Of a DNA stretch of 64,000 nt, positions 1-8,895 are shown in pieces. The first letter of the stretch is position 1; every line of letters starts with the position of its first letter. The notes under the pieces were generated by a model. It ran no database searches. It saw only the letters and a list, made by a program, of their open reading frames with translations, and was not told the DNA's origin. Source of the stretch: Candidatus Omnitrophota bacterium (GTDB lineage: Bacteria; Omnitrophota; Gorgyraeia; Aquiviventales; Aquiviventaceae); assembly GCA_016209275.1 (NCBI GenBank), contig JACQWM010000029.1:2692-66691 (forward strand). Direction: 5' to 3'. The translations under genes and the position numbers were made by a program.

Positions 1-991
1 TCGCGTACAGGGCGACCCCATTCCAAGTCGCATCGCCGCCCCCGGCCTCATCCACGGCGTCTTGCTCAGCGCCATAGTCGAAATTCAGCTTCAACGTCAG
101 CTTATCGATCGGCTGATAGCTAGCGACGAGATCGATGAGGTGGCGCTGATCTCGGCTGTCGCTCGTCTGCTCGGCCCCCAGCATGTAGGTGCTGATGAGC
201 GAAAAACGCTCAAACGGGGTCAGCGTCGCGCTGAACTCCAAGGTCTTGGCCTTGTTGTTGTCATCCACCACATCCCAGCCATTGTTGACGCCGAAGCAGG
301 TGGTCAGCCACTCGGTCCACGGGTAGCTCGCGCGAAGCCCCGTATGGGTAAAGGGAATCGCAAATCCGAAGAGGTAGGAACGCGAAAAGTTCCAGTTATC
401 CTTGGCTTCGATGACTTCCGCGCCATGCAGCGTCACGAACTTGCCGAATTTCAGATCCAGCCCATTGCCGATGGGGGCCAGGTATTCCACATACCCCTGT
501 TGAAGATCAAGCTCATCCGTTTGGGAACCGAGCCCGGTGGTCACCGACCCAACGACTTCGGCGTCCGCCCCGAAATTGAGATCGGTCCGGAATCCAATGG
601 GCGCTTCAGCGGAGACCGGCTTCTCGATGACTAACTCGGCGTTATTGATCATAAAATCCCCTGATCGCGTATCAAAGACGCGAAAGGAATTGGTTCGAGC
701 GGTGGGTTCATTAAAATTATAGGTATAGGAGGTATCGACGAAGCCGCTCATCTGCACGCCGTGGAAGCCGCTGGGCAATTGGACCACGGCGCTGCCAGGC
801 TCAGCGCCCGCTTGCTGCGCGGTCAGCTCGTTTTCCAATTTTGAGAGGCGCTCCTTCAACACTTCAATTTCAGCGCTCAACCCTGCGGTGGCCGGATCAG
901 CGGCGAGCACCACAGCGGAAGCGCTGAAGACCATACTCACCGCGATGATCCCCCCCACGACCAACCGCCAATACCTTGTATTCCCTCGCAT
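1..991 (-). CDS. Outer-membrane beta-barrel porin, BBP2/OmpL-like (PF07642-type); 3' end runs off the window
   Basis: Not in the ORF track; read by hand. ATG at 991 after AAGGAGG gives MRGNTRYWRLVVGGIIAVSMVFSASAVVLA (signal peptide), a coiled coil, then SGFVDTSYTYNFN...LQQGYVEY...GKFVTLHGAEVIEAKDNWNFSRSYLFGFAIPFTHTG. Confidence 0.8.
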   Translation of the reverse strand, partial: MRGNTRYWRLVVGGIIAVSMVFSASAVVLAADPATAGLSAEIEVLKERLSKLENELTAQQAGAEPGSAVVQLPSGFHGVQMSGFVDTSYTYNFNEPTARTNSFRVFDTRSGDFMINNAELVIEKPVSAEAPIGFRTDLNFGADAEVVGSVTTGLGSQTDELDLQQGYVEYLAPIGNGLDLKFGKFVTLHGAEVIEAKDNWNFSRSYLFGFAIPFTHTGLRASYPWTEWLTTCFGVNNGWDVVDDNNKAKTLEFSATLTPFERFSLISTYMLGAEQTSDSRDQRHLIDLVASYQPIDKLTLKLNFDYGAEQDAVDEAGGGDATWNGVALYA

Positions 992-1203
992 CACTTTCCC
1001 TCCTTGTTAGGTATCGTTTGCGCAATCTGTGTTACCGTGTTTGCCGAAGTTTGCTTCTTGGCTTGCCGCTTCTTGCGGAAGGGTGGATGGCACTGGTGTG
1101 GGGAGAGTTCTGTTGCCCATACGGTCAATGGAGCAGATAGCCCATAGCAGATAGCACATAGAAAAAGCCAGCCGCGAAGATCACGAATCCAGCGTCGATA
1201 CAT
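991..1203 (-). CDS. Small 70-aa protein with signal-peptide-like N-terminus and basic tail, translationally coupled to the porin
   Basis: GGAGGGAGG RBS before ATG at 1203; its TGA overlaps the porin ATG (TGATG). Confidence 0.5.
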   Translation of the reverse strand: MYRRWIRDLRGWLFLCAICYGLSAPLTVWATELSPHQCHPPFRKKRQAKKQTSANTVTQIAQTIPNKEGK

Positions 1204-1260
1204 GCCCTCCCTCCATTGGTCAGGTGCGCTCATCATGCTGTGTAAGTATGGCTCAGCCAC

Positions 1261-1298
1261 GTGACGCGCAGATTTCCGCCATGTTAAGTTTGTGTTAC
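1261..1298 (-). promoter_or_regulatory. GlnR-box-like operator array (4 pentamers, 11-bp period)
   Basis: Minus strand GTAAC-n6-TTAAC-n6-GAAAT-n6-GTCAC, followed by a CATACT -10-like hexamer. Confidence 0.6.
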
Positions 1299-1601
1299 AA
1301 ACCGATAGCCCTGATCCCCCACCACGTCAATGCAGTCCCGGCCTTCTCGCTGCAAGACACCCTTCAGGTGGCGCAAATGCTCATCCACCATGCGCAAGCC
1401 GCCGGGGTCATGCCGGCCGAGGCCTTCTTCGAGGAGCCGGCGCTTGCTCACCACCTGCCCGGCACGCCCGGCCAAGTACGCCAGCAACGCGTACTCCCGA
1501 TAGGAGAGGGGCAGCGGCCGGCCTCGCACCAGCACCTGATAGCTGTCGAGGTCGATGACCAGATCGCCGAATGAGAGCGTTTGAGGTATGACCATCTTCA
1601 A
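1284..1601 (-). CDS. Stand-alone OmpR/PhoB-type winged-helix DNA-binding protein without receiver domain
   Basis: FGDLVIDLDSYQV..LSYREYALLAYL..GQVVSK..MVDEHLRHLK..IDVVGDQGYRF matches the Trans_reg_C pattern. Confidence 0.8.
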   Translation of the reverse strand: MKMVIPQTLSFGDLVIDLDSYQVLVRGRPLPLSYREYALLAYLAGRAGQVVSKRRLLEEGLGRHDPGGLRMVDEHLRHLKGVLQREGRDCIDVVGDQGYRFVTQT

Positions 1602-1608
1602 GCCAGAG

Positions 1609-1642
1609 CGATATCAGATATCGAATTCGATATCTGATATCG
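1609..1642. repeat. Perfect 34-bp palindrome, GATATC family, copy 1
   Basis: CGATATCAGATATCGAA|TTCGATATCTGATATCG. Confidence 0.95.
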
Positions 1643-1660
1643 CCGTTGTAGTTGAAGGAT

Positions 1661-1698
1661 GTTACCGGCAGATGACGGCTGGGTTAAATCGAGGTAAC
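1661..1698 (-). promoter_or_regulatory. Second GlnR-box-like operator array
   Basis: Minus strand GTTAC-n6-TTAAC-n6-GTCAT-n6-GTAAC, directly upstream of the winged-helix gene. Confidence 0.55.
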
Positions 1699-3546
1699 TT
1701 AGAGGCGCTGCAGCAGGGCGTTTAATTCATTCTGGAGATCAAGGATGGCTTGCTTGCGTTTGAGCCAGAACGGATCTTCAAGAGGAAATTGATCGAGGTA
1801 GGTAAGAAACTCCTGTTCCAGGGCCCGCTGCTCTTTGCCGAGGGCCTCCATCAGCCAGGGGAGCGTGTCCTCCCCGTCGTTCGGCGGCTGCCGGGCGAGA
1901 CGATCGAGATACGTCATGAAGCCGCTGCGATAGCGGACCATGAGAAAATGGGAGAAGGCCCAGCTTTGCGCATACGCATACAGCGCGCTCTGGTTGGCCA
2001 TGCCCGCAAAGCTGCCCATCCGGAAGGCATGGAGAAATTCGAGGGGAAGGATCTGCCCCGCGCCGCGGGCTTTCTGGGCATCCGGCAGACGCAACACATT
2101 GGTGCCGCCAACAGGGCTTGGTTCCATGTACCCGGCCAGCCCTTCGCTGAACCAGGAATTGGCCGCCTGAAGATCGGTGATCTGGTCTTCGTTCTCGGTG
2201 GCAAACATGGCTTCAAGCAGCTTCCGTTTCTCCTCCACGGTCCCCGCCTTCAGAAACTCGCGCTTCTGTTGCGCCTTGGCCTGATCCGCCTCCGACATCT
2301 TTGACAAGACGATATGCTGGAGCTGCCAATCGTGAAACATGGCGTGGGTCATTTCATGCCGGAGGATTTCATTGCCGAGCTGGCCGTAGGCCTGGCGCAC
2401 CATGGCGTGGCCGGACTCCAGCTTGCGCAAAAATTCCGACCACAGCCCCTCCAGCGTGTCTTCGTACTGCGAGCCTTTGTACGCCGCCGTGCTGCGATCG
2501 CGCGCGCGCCGGAAGCGGCCGAGATAAATCTCGGACAGCAGCTCGGAAAATTGCTCGCCGACCATGTTGTAGCAATACAAGACTTCATCCTCCGGCTGAA
2601 AATATCCCACCGCGAACCACCCGGGGACCCCATCCGTCAGCGCGTACTCGATATACGCATCCTGGTTTTCAAAGATCACGATGTACGCTTGGACGGTGGG
2701 AGCGCGATCCTTCACTAGGGGAAAGAACGTGAGGTACCAGTCGGTCGCGACCTCCCGGATCACCTGGCGGTACTTCTTGATATCCGGCGGGGCGGAATCG
2801 CTGACAATCGTGAAAAGCCCTTCATCGTCCCATGACATCTGGGGAAAAATGGTTTGGAGATTCTTCTTGATCGCCGTTGAGCGCTCATTCTGCGCCGGCC
2901 GAAAGAGCAGCGCCTCCACATCCTTCCGGGCGATGGTCTGCTCCATCTGCCCGCCGCCGGGCAGCTCCTGGGCGAGCACGATGTCCGTGTCGGTGACCTG
3001 GGTGATCTTGGCGTCGATCACGGTGCCCTTCATCAATTTCACGACCACCTCGTGCTGGTAATCCCAGGGAATGTTCTCGTGTTCGTGCTCCCAGGGCATG
3101 AGAATGCCATCGCCGCTCAGACTCGCCGCACCTTTTTCCACGCGCTCAATTTCATCGCGTCTGAAGCCGACATCGCCGTAGTCAAACCGCAGAATCACCT
3201 CCTCTGACGTTTCCTTCAGCAGCTCGCCGGTCATGGCCCCGCCATTGGTCAAATACAGCGTCACCTGATTGGTAGTCACGGGCGGGACGAGCGTACTCGA
3301 TGAGGATGCTGGAGTGGATGCTGGAGGCTGGAAGCTGGACGCTGGAGGCTGCGATGGCGTTGCCAGCTCCGGCGTTGTGGAAAACCGCTGTTGGGTTCTC
3401 TGAAGCAAAGCTCGCACCTGATCCGGCAGTTGCACGTGCTGCTGCAACGCATCCAGGGGCGAGTGTTCCGGGTGTGCGCGCAGATACCAGCTAGCACCTC
3501 CGGCCGCCAGCATGACCACGGCAAGGAGCAGCAGAAACGTGCGCAT
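1699..3546 (-). CDS. Membrane-anchored DUF1570/peptidase MA-like zinc metalloprotease-domain protein
   Basis: N-terminal TM/signal; HEMTH zinc motif, WFSEGLAGYME, YAQSWAFSHFL. Confidence 0.7.
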   Translation of the reverse strand: MRTFLLLLAVVMLAAGGASWYLRAHPEHSPLDALQQHVQLPDQVRALLQRTQQRFSTTPELATPSQPPASSFQPPASTPASSSSTLVPPVTTNQVTLYLTNGGAMTGELLKETSEEVILRFDYGDVGFRRDEIERVEKGAASLSGDGILMPWEHEHENIPWDYQHEVVVKLMKGTVIDAKITQVTDTDIVLAQELPGGGQMEQTIARKDVEALLFRPAQNERSTAIKKNLQTIFPQMSWDDEGLFTIVSDSAPPDIKKYRQVIREVATDWYLTFFPLVKDRAPTVQAYIVIFENQDAYIEYALTDGVPGWFAVGYFQPEDEVLYCYNMVGEQFSELLSEIYLGRFRRARDRSTAAYKGSQYEDTLEGLWSEFLRKLESGHAMVRQAYGQLGNEILRHEMTHAMFHDWQLQHIVLSKMSEADQAKAQQKREFLKAGTVEEKRKLLEAMFATENEDQITDLQAANSWFSEGLAGYMEPSPVGGTNVLRLPDAQKARGAGQILPLEFLHAFRMGSFAGMANQSALYAYAQSWAFSHFLMVRYRSGFMTYLDRLARQPPNDGEDTLPWLMEALGKEQRALEQEFLTYLDQFPLEDPFWLKRKQAILDLQNELNALLQRL

Positions 3547-3588
3547 AACCAGTAGTATGCCGAATCACGCCGGAGATTGCAAAGGGCG

Positions 3589-4683
3589 TTACGAGCAGCC
3601 GGAGGGAGGGCAATCTTGCAGCGAGGTGAGCGCTGGACGCTGGATCGACATCGGCAGCACGACACTTTGCCCGGTGTTGCCGCCGCCCATCAGACGGATG
3701 TCATGATTCAAGGTCAGCCTGCCGTTGACGATCATGCCGTCATCCCGCCCGACGAATGACCCGTTGACCATCAAGTTCGTCGGCACCAGCCCGGTGATCG
3801 CATGGTTGGTGTAGAGCACGCCGTCGATCTGCATGGTGCCGGAGGCGGGCACAGCCAGCTTCGATCGGAAGGTGTCATCCGAGAGGGTCGACTCATAGAA
3901 CTTGCGGTCAGAGCCGTCGAGCTTCGTGCCTTCCGCCAGGCCGTCGTTGTCCCGCTGGTCGTAGTTGCCGTCGAACATCGGGCGGCCCTGCGCATCCGTC
4001 ATCTGGCCGCCAGCGCCGGTGTGGTAGCCCAAGTCGGCGTCGGTCGGGTCGATGACATAGGGCTGGGTCTTGGATCCGTCTTCGGCTTTGATCAGCGGAA
4101 GCGCGTTTTCCTCATACGCCTCGCTGGTGTAGTCGCCGATGACGATGTTGCCCTTTGCCGCAAAGCCGACCAGATCAGTCATCGTGGGATCAGGGATCGC
4201 CAGCTTGCCGGCTGCGTCCTTCACCTGCGGAAAACTGTAGTCGGCATCGCCTGGCACCGTGAAGCCATAGCGGTTCCAGGCGCAGGGGACGGCGGGGATC
4301 GTGCAGGCATTGCCGCAGATCTTCCCGCGGCCGGGGGTGGGCTGGCCGCAAACGGCCGGCTGAATCGCCAGGCACGTGTTGCCGCTGAGTGTTTTGGTGC
4401 ACGCGAAGTTGCACGGCGTGGTGGTCCCGTTCGTTGTCAGCGCATCGCAGCTTGGCGCGGGAGCGTTGCAGGTGAGGATGAGCTTCTTGTAACATATGCT
4501 GCCGCAGTTATTCGTTCCCGTCGTGTACGTATACGAGGTGCCGGATCTCGGGCTCGCGCACGTCGGCTCCGGCGCGTCGCATTCGGTCGGCGTGCAGGTG
4601 CCAGCGCCAAAGGCCGCCGCCTGCCACCAGAGCGCTCCCACAACCACCAAGACACGGCACAGCATCGCGACCGCGCGGTTCAT
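3589..4683 (-). CDS. Secreted protein: Cys-rich repeats plus the C-terminal half of a PilX-like domain
   Basis: Sec-type signal; 14 Cys in about 105 aa; DLVGFAAKGNIVIG and NHDIRL align with DLLGLVSRNNIAV and VYDIRL of the neighbouring PilX paralogs. Confidence 0.65.
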   Translation of the reverse strand: MNRAVAMLCRVLVVVGALWWQAAAFGAGTCTPTECDAPEPTCASPRSGTSYTYTTGTNNCGSICYKKLILTCNAPAPSCDALTTNGTTTPCNFACTKTLSGNTCLAIQPAVCGQPTPGRGKICGNACTIPAVPCAWNRYGFTVPGDADYSFPQVKDAAGKLAIPDPTMTDLVGFAAKGNIVIGDYTSEAYEENALPLIKAEDGSKTQPYVIDPTDADLGYHTGAGGQMTDAQGRPMFDGNYDQRDNDGLAEGTKLDGSDRKFYESTLSDDTFRSKLAVPASGTMQIDGVLYTNHAITGLVPTNLMVNGSFVGRDDGMIVNGRLTLNHDIRLMGGGNTGQSVVLPMSIQRPALTSLQDCPPSGCS

Positions 4684-4686
4684 CGC

Positions 4687-6153
4687 TCAGCATCCCTCCG
4701 GCGCCGCCCCGTTCGGCGCCACATAAGTTCCGTCATTGCAGACCTTGCCAAGATTCGACATGATCCCGCTCGTGGTATTGTATTGGCGCACGACATCGGT
4801 GGCTTCGTACCGCTCTAGCGACGCCCACCCCGACGGATTCTTGTACACGATGGACCCCACGACATGAAGATTGCGGCCGGTGTAGATCGTCCCGCGGCCG
4901 CTCACGTAGCCCCGGATGATCACATCGCCGGGAATCACCACCGGGCCGTCGATCTTGATGGGGTTCGTGGACGTGCCGATGAGCACGATTGGCTGCTTCT
5001 CATCCCCTGTCTCGGCGGCGCCATCAGGCCCCTGATACGTCGCCGTGATCGTCTTCCATTGGCTGTTCTCGTAATATTTCAGGGTGGAGCCTGCCCCGTC
5101 GTTGTGCGACGCGGCCAGGCTTTTGTAGAGGCTCAGGTTTCCCAGATACGGCATGTCCTGCACCGGCTGCTGGCTGAATCTGACCTGCTCCGGCGCGCTC
5201 GCATGCCAGCCATAGCCGGCCCCCAGGGCGGCGGTGGCCCCGCTGATCGCCGGCTGGCCGGCGGCCGTAATCTGCTGGGCCGGGCGGGCTCGCTGGTCCG
5301 ACCGCTTATAGTCCCAGTAGGCGTTCCACGACGCGGTTTGCGTGGGGTTGCCGGTAATGGTCCCGACGGCCGCAAGGCCGGTCTCCGGATTGATGAGCTC
5401 GTCGTTTTCCGACGCATACAGATCGCCGTTGACGTAGATTTTCGTCAGCTGGCCGCCGGAAACCACGTCGCTCGTAAAATCGAGATCGCCGTTGGCGCGC
5501 ACTTCGCCGTTGACGACCACGGACGCTCCACCGCGGATGTCAAACCACCCGTAGTTGTTGACGAAATAGGCGTAGCGGAAAATATCCGACACCCCCAGGG
5601 CGATGTCATACGTCGCCTGCAGCTGCTTCGTGATCCCCCCGACCGTCGCCTGGCCGATCACCGTGATGCGGCGCGGGGAGAGCGTGTCGTCGGGATTCGT
5701 GGTCTCAACCGAGCTGATCCAAGCCTCGCCGGTCCCGCTGCTGAAGGCCACGCTTCGCGGCGAGGCTTGCGTGCCAAGGCCGGCCACGTGGTAGGTGTCA
5801 TCCGCCTCCAGCGCAAACGGCGGGTCGAGGTCTTGCGGCGGCTGCTCATCGAAGGCATCCAGCCACTGCAGGGCAGCCAGCGCATTGCCCTGATAGCGCA
5901 GTTGGTAGACATCCGCCGCCAGGAACTGATAGAAATCTTCGCGCAGCTGCTGCAGCGACGCCTGGGCCAGATCGCGGGCTTGCAGCGCATCGCGCAGATG
6001 CTCAACGCTCAGCCGCTGGGCCGCCGCCCGCTGGCTCAGCGCACCGCTATAGACGAGGAAGACCGTCAGCACCATGAAGCTGCTGATCAGCACAAACCCC
6101 CGCTTTCTCTTTTCCTTAATCACCGTAATCATCTTTACGGATTCTGCACCCAC
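4687..6153 (-). CDS. PilX-like minor pilin, cassette 1 (N-terminal part; start probably near 6132)
   Basis: KRKRG|FVLISSFMVL class III signal without E5; ARDLAQAS helix; IFRYAYF and GEVRANGDL motifs. Confidence 0.75.
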   Translation of the reverse strand: MGAESVKMITVIKEKRKRGFVLISSFMVLTVFLVYSGALSQRAAAQRLSVEHLRDALQARDLAQASLQQLREDFYQFLAADVYQLRYQGNALAALQWLDAFDEQPPQDLDPPFALEADDTYHVAGLGTQASPRSVAFSSGTGEAWISSVETTNPDDTLSPRRITVIGQATVGGITKQLQATYDIALGVSDIFRYAYFVNNYGWFDIRGGASVVVNGEVRANGDLDFTSDVVSGGQLTKIYVNGDLYASENDELINPETGLAAVGTITGNPTQTASWNAYWDYKRSDQRARPAQQITAAGQPAISGATAALGAGYGWHASAPEQVRFSQQPVQDMPYLGNLSLYKSLAASHNDGAGSTLKYYENSQWKTITATYQGPDGAAETGDEKQPIVLIGTSTNPIKIDGPVVIPGDVIIRGYVSGRGTIYTGRNLHVVGSIVYKNPSGWASLERYEATDVVRQYNTTSGIMSNLGKVCNDGTYVAPNGAAPEGC

Positions 6154-6608
6154 ACTTGCGATTCCAGCGTTTGGGCCAGCTCTGACCGCATCCCATTGCC
6201 TCGCACGACGAGCTGCACCTTCACGACGTTATCCGCCTGGCAGGTGGGAGTGAAGGCGGTCAGCCCTCCGGCTACCGTCGTCGCCGGGTCGTTGTTGACC
6301 TGCTTGGTCAGCAGCGCTCCGGCGCGCGCGTAGGTGATTTGGTCAGCGCCCACCCTCATCTGCAGCGAATCCGCAGCGCAGGCCAACCCTGCGGTCGCGG
6401 AAGCTCGCCGCAGATCCTCGACGATGCGGTCCATGGCGATCTGGGCCCCGGTCGTGTTGGCGAGCGAGTCATCCGTGTGCTGCCAGATCCGATTGCCGGT
6501 CTGGGTCATGACGAGCAGCGAGCCGCTCATCAGGCTAAAGACCGTCGCCACCACCATGACCTCGACAAAGGTAAACTCCCCTCGGCGATTCCATCGTCTG
6601 CGTCTCAT
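6135..6608 (-). CDS. PilW/PulJ-like minor pilin, cassette 1
   Basis: RRGE|FTFVEVMVV; AQIAMDRIVEDLRRA; C-terminal LESQVWVQN. Confidence 0.75.
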   Translation of the reverse strand: MRRRRWNRRGEFTFVEVMVVATVFSLMSGSLLVMTQTGNRIWQHTDDSLANTTGAQIAMDRIVEDLRRASATAGLACAADSLQMRVGADQITYARAGALLTKQVNNDPATTVAGGLTAFTPTCQADNVVKVQLVVRGNGMRSELAQTLESQVWVQNP

Positions 6609-7141
6609 CACGAGTCTCTCCGTCCCATGCGGGTGGACACCATCACCGGCGATTGCAGCCATCCGTCCGCGTCTACCTGCTCGCCAACATCGAACTGGCC
6701 GTTGCAATTGCGATCGCCGCCGATTTGCCGCCCCCGCTCCCGCCAGCACGCCGCCACATGCAAATCCAGCAGCGACGGATTGCCGGGATTGTGCAGATCT
6801 CCGCTTTTAATTTGGATCGTCAAAACACCTTGAGCACCCGCCGGCAGCCCGGTCAGGGGCGCGCTTTGCCCGTTGCCACGAGCGCCTGCATATGCAGGCC
6901 CGGTCCAGAGGGTGTCCAGCGGGGTGGCGGAGAGCTGATCTAGCTGGCCCTGCGCGGCGTTGAGCGCGGCCTGCGCATGGCTGAAGTAATCGACCTGGAA
7001 GAGCAGCGAGGGCATGCCCATCAGCAAGCCGCCGATGCCGACGACGAGCAAGGCCACACCGACGACCAGCTCAAGCAAGGTCATCCCGGACGCAAAACAT
7101 CCGACCCGCAGACGCGATGGACCTCGGATCGGATTGTGCAT
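6608..7141 (-). CDS. PilV-like minor pilin, cassette 1
   Basis: SG|MTLLELVVG prepilin motif; VAACWRERGR motif shared with paralogs. Confidence 0.75.
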   Translation of the reverse strand: MHNPIRGPSRLRVGCFASGMTLLELVVGVALLVVGIGGLLMGMPSLLFQVDYFSHAQAALNAAQGQLDQLSATPLDTLWTGPAYAGARGNGQSAPLTGLPAGAQGVLTIQIKSGDLHNPGNPSLLDLHVAACWRERGRQIGGDRNCNGQFDVGEQVDADGWLQSPVMVSTRMGRRDS

Positions 7142-7148
7142 GACAACC

Positions 7149-7266
7149 CCCTTTGGCAACCCAGCCATCCAGAGCGATATCAGATATCGAATTCGATATC
7201 TGATATCGTCTTAGGACCTGTGGCTTTGCGACCCACGCTTACGCGTGGTGTGCCTTTATCAGTAGG
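7149..7266 (-). ncRNA. c-di-GMP-I (GEMM-I) riboswitch 1, with palindrome inserted in P3 loop
   Basis: GAUAAAGGCACACCACGC-GUAA-GCGUGGGUCGCAAAGCCACAGGUCC...GGAUGGCUGGGUUGCCAAAG fits the GEMM consensus (GNRA-capped P2, GCAAAGC junction); ends at the SD of pilV. Confidence 0.85.
7175..7208. repeat. Perfect 34-bp GATATC palindrome, copy 2
   Basis: Identical to 1609-1642, including the flanking CCAGAG. Confidence 0.95.
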
Positions 7267-7322
7267 GTTTACCTACTTTTTCCTAATTTAAGTATACCTA
7301 ATGCGCCGAGACACTGACAAAC

Positions 7323-8891
7323 CTACGGGCGCTGCTCTGCCCAGGCCACGAAGTCATAACGGCCGGTGTTCGGAAACGAGGGTGGGGCCAGGCGCAGCAG
7401 CCGCGCATCATAGACGTAGTCCTTGTCGAACCCGTCTCCGGCGCCGGTTTTCGCATCGATATTCCATCCCACCAGCCCTCGTTCATCCTGGATAAGCCCC
7501 CCAAAAAGATGCAGCCGCCCCTTGTAGCCAATCCTCGCTCGTTCATCGCTGTCGTCCTTCTTATAGGCGCCTTTGACCGTGAACGTCCGCAGCGCCATCA
7601 CCGAGCCTTGGATCATAATCCCAATAGGCGGTCGCGCAGGGTCCGGCAGGTGGACGCGATCAGGGAATTTGGTTTCATCGGAGGTATCCACGATGATATC
7701 TTTCCGTGAGACCAAGCCAAGCAGGTCACGGCTTTCTCCGTTGTCACAGGCAGGGTTGTTCTGCCGATCCTCGTCTGTGACCGGAGTGCCATCGGCGTTG
7801 ACGCTATCCGGGTTGCAGGCATAGATGATGTGCCCTTGGATCGTCATGTCCTCCTGGCTGGCCAGCGTCACCTGGCCGTGGAGTATGCTATCCTCCACCG
7901 TCAACTCCTCCTTCCCAAGTATGACGAGCTTGCCGGCAATCGTGTATCGAACTTCCAGGATGCTAGGATCCGCCGCGTTCGGGGTAGGGGCAAGTTTGTT
8001 GCCCTTCAATTTCACCTCGTCCACCCCCTTGCCTGTCACCACGAGTTCGTACCTCTGTGGGCCATCTGGTTGCAGTAGATCAATGGGATGCTGCTCGAAT
8101 CGGACCACGGCGTCATCGCCAATCACGATGCCGGAAGCCTTGGCCGCCGGCACGAGGTCCTCGTCGAAGCGTTTCTTCGCCTCGGGCATAGGAATCGGCT
8201 TCTCGAGTTTTTGAGGCAGCTCCGCATACGTCGGGTTGCACGGAGCGCTCGTGCACACAATCGCCCCGGTGTAGGACACCGGCCCGAGAAACGTCGGGCT
8301 CCCCATGATGTACAAATTGTCATTAACGTGCACCGGCCCTCTGAGCACTTCAGCGCCTGTCATGTTGATCGCTTGCCCTTTTTTATACTTATTCCAAAAC
8401 ATCAGATACTTCGAAAAACTCTCTCGTTTGATCGTCATGGCCGCCGTTCGCGTGACGGCAATGCCTGTCGTCGTGCCGCTGGCCGTAATCGTAAAAGCCG
8501 CCTGGGCAGGCTCAGCCTCATTCAGGTCATCCGGATCAACCGTCACCGTGAACGACCCTGAGCCAGGGAAGGTTTGAATGATCCCGCCCAGCTCCGGGGT
8601 AAAGGCGCTGGTCAGGGACGCGCATTGTTGCCCTTCAACAGCAAACTCGTCGGAGCAGACCGGCCGTTCGTCTTCCGCCAGCAGCCATTGCACCCCCGCA
8701 TCAAGCCCGGCTTCGGCCAAGGCTAAGGCGCGCTGCTGGGTGGCGGCACGTCGGGCGATGGCGGTATCGTTCATCGTCCGCAGCAGACCCACGGAGAGGA
8801 GTGTTGAGATCCCAGCGCTGGTCACCAAGGCCAACAGTAACAGCGAGCCTTGCCGCGGTCGTCTCATGAGCCTCCCCCCTTTCCTCATCAT
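7323..8891 (-). CDS. PilX-like minor pilin/adhesin, cassette 2
   Basis: RQG|SLLLLAL; ALALAEAGLDAG; ESFSKY; GPVHVN; GFDKDYVYDARL..PPSFP. Confidence 0.8.
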   Translation of the reverse strand: MMRKGGRLMRRPRQGSLLLLALVTSAGISTLLSVGLLRTMNDTAIARRAATQQRALALAEAGLDAGVQWLLAEDERPVCSDEFAVEGQQCASLTSAFTPELGGIIQTFPGSGSFTVTVDPDDLNEAEPAQAAFTITASGTTTGIAVTRTAAMTIKRESFSKYLMFWNKYKKGQAINMTGAEVLRGPVHVNDNLYIMGSPTFLGPVSYTGAIVCTSAPCNPTYAELPQKLEKPIPMPEAKKRFDEDLVPAAKASGIVIGDDAVVRFEQHPIDLLQPDGPQRYELVVTGKGVDEVKLKGNKLAPTPNAADPSILEVRYTIAGKLVILGKEELTVEDSILHGQVTLASQEDMTIQGHIIYACNPDSVNADGTPVTDEDRQNNPACDNGESRDLLGLVSRKDIIVDTSDETKFPDRVHLPDPARPPIGIMIQGSVMALRTFTVKGAYKKDDSDERARIGYKGRLHLFGGLIQDERGLVGWNIDAKTGAGDGFDKDYVYDARLLRLAPPSFPNTGRYDFVAWAEQRP

Positions 8892-8895
8892 CGCG

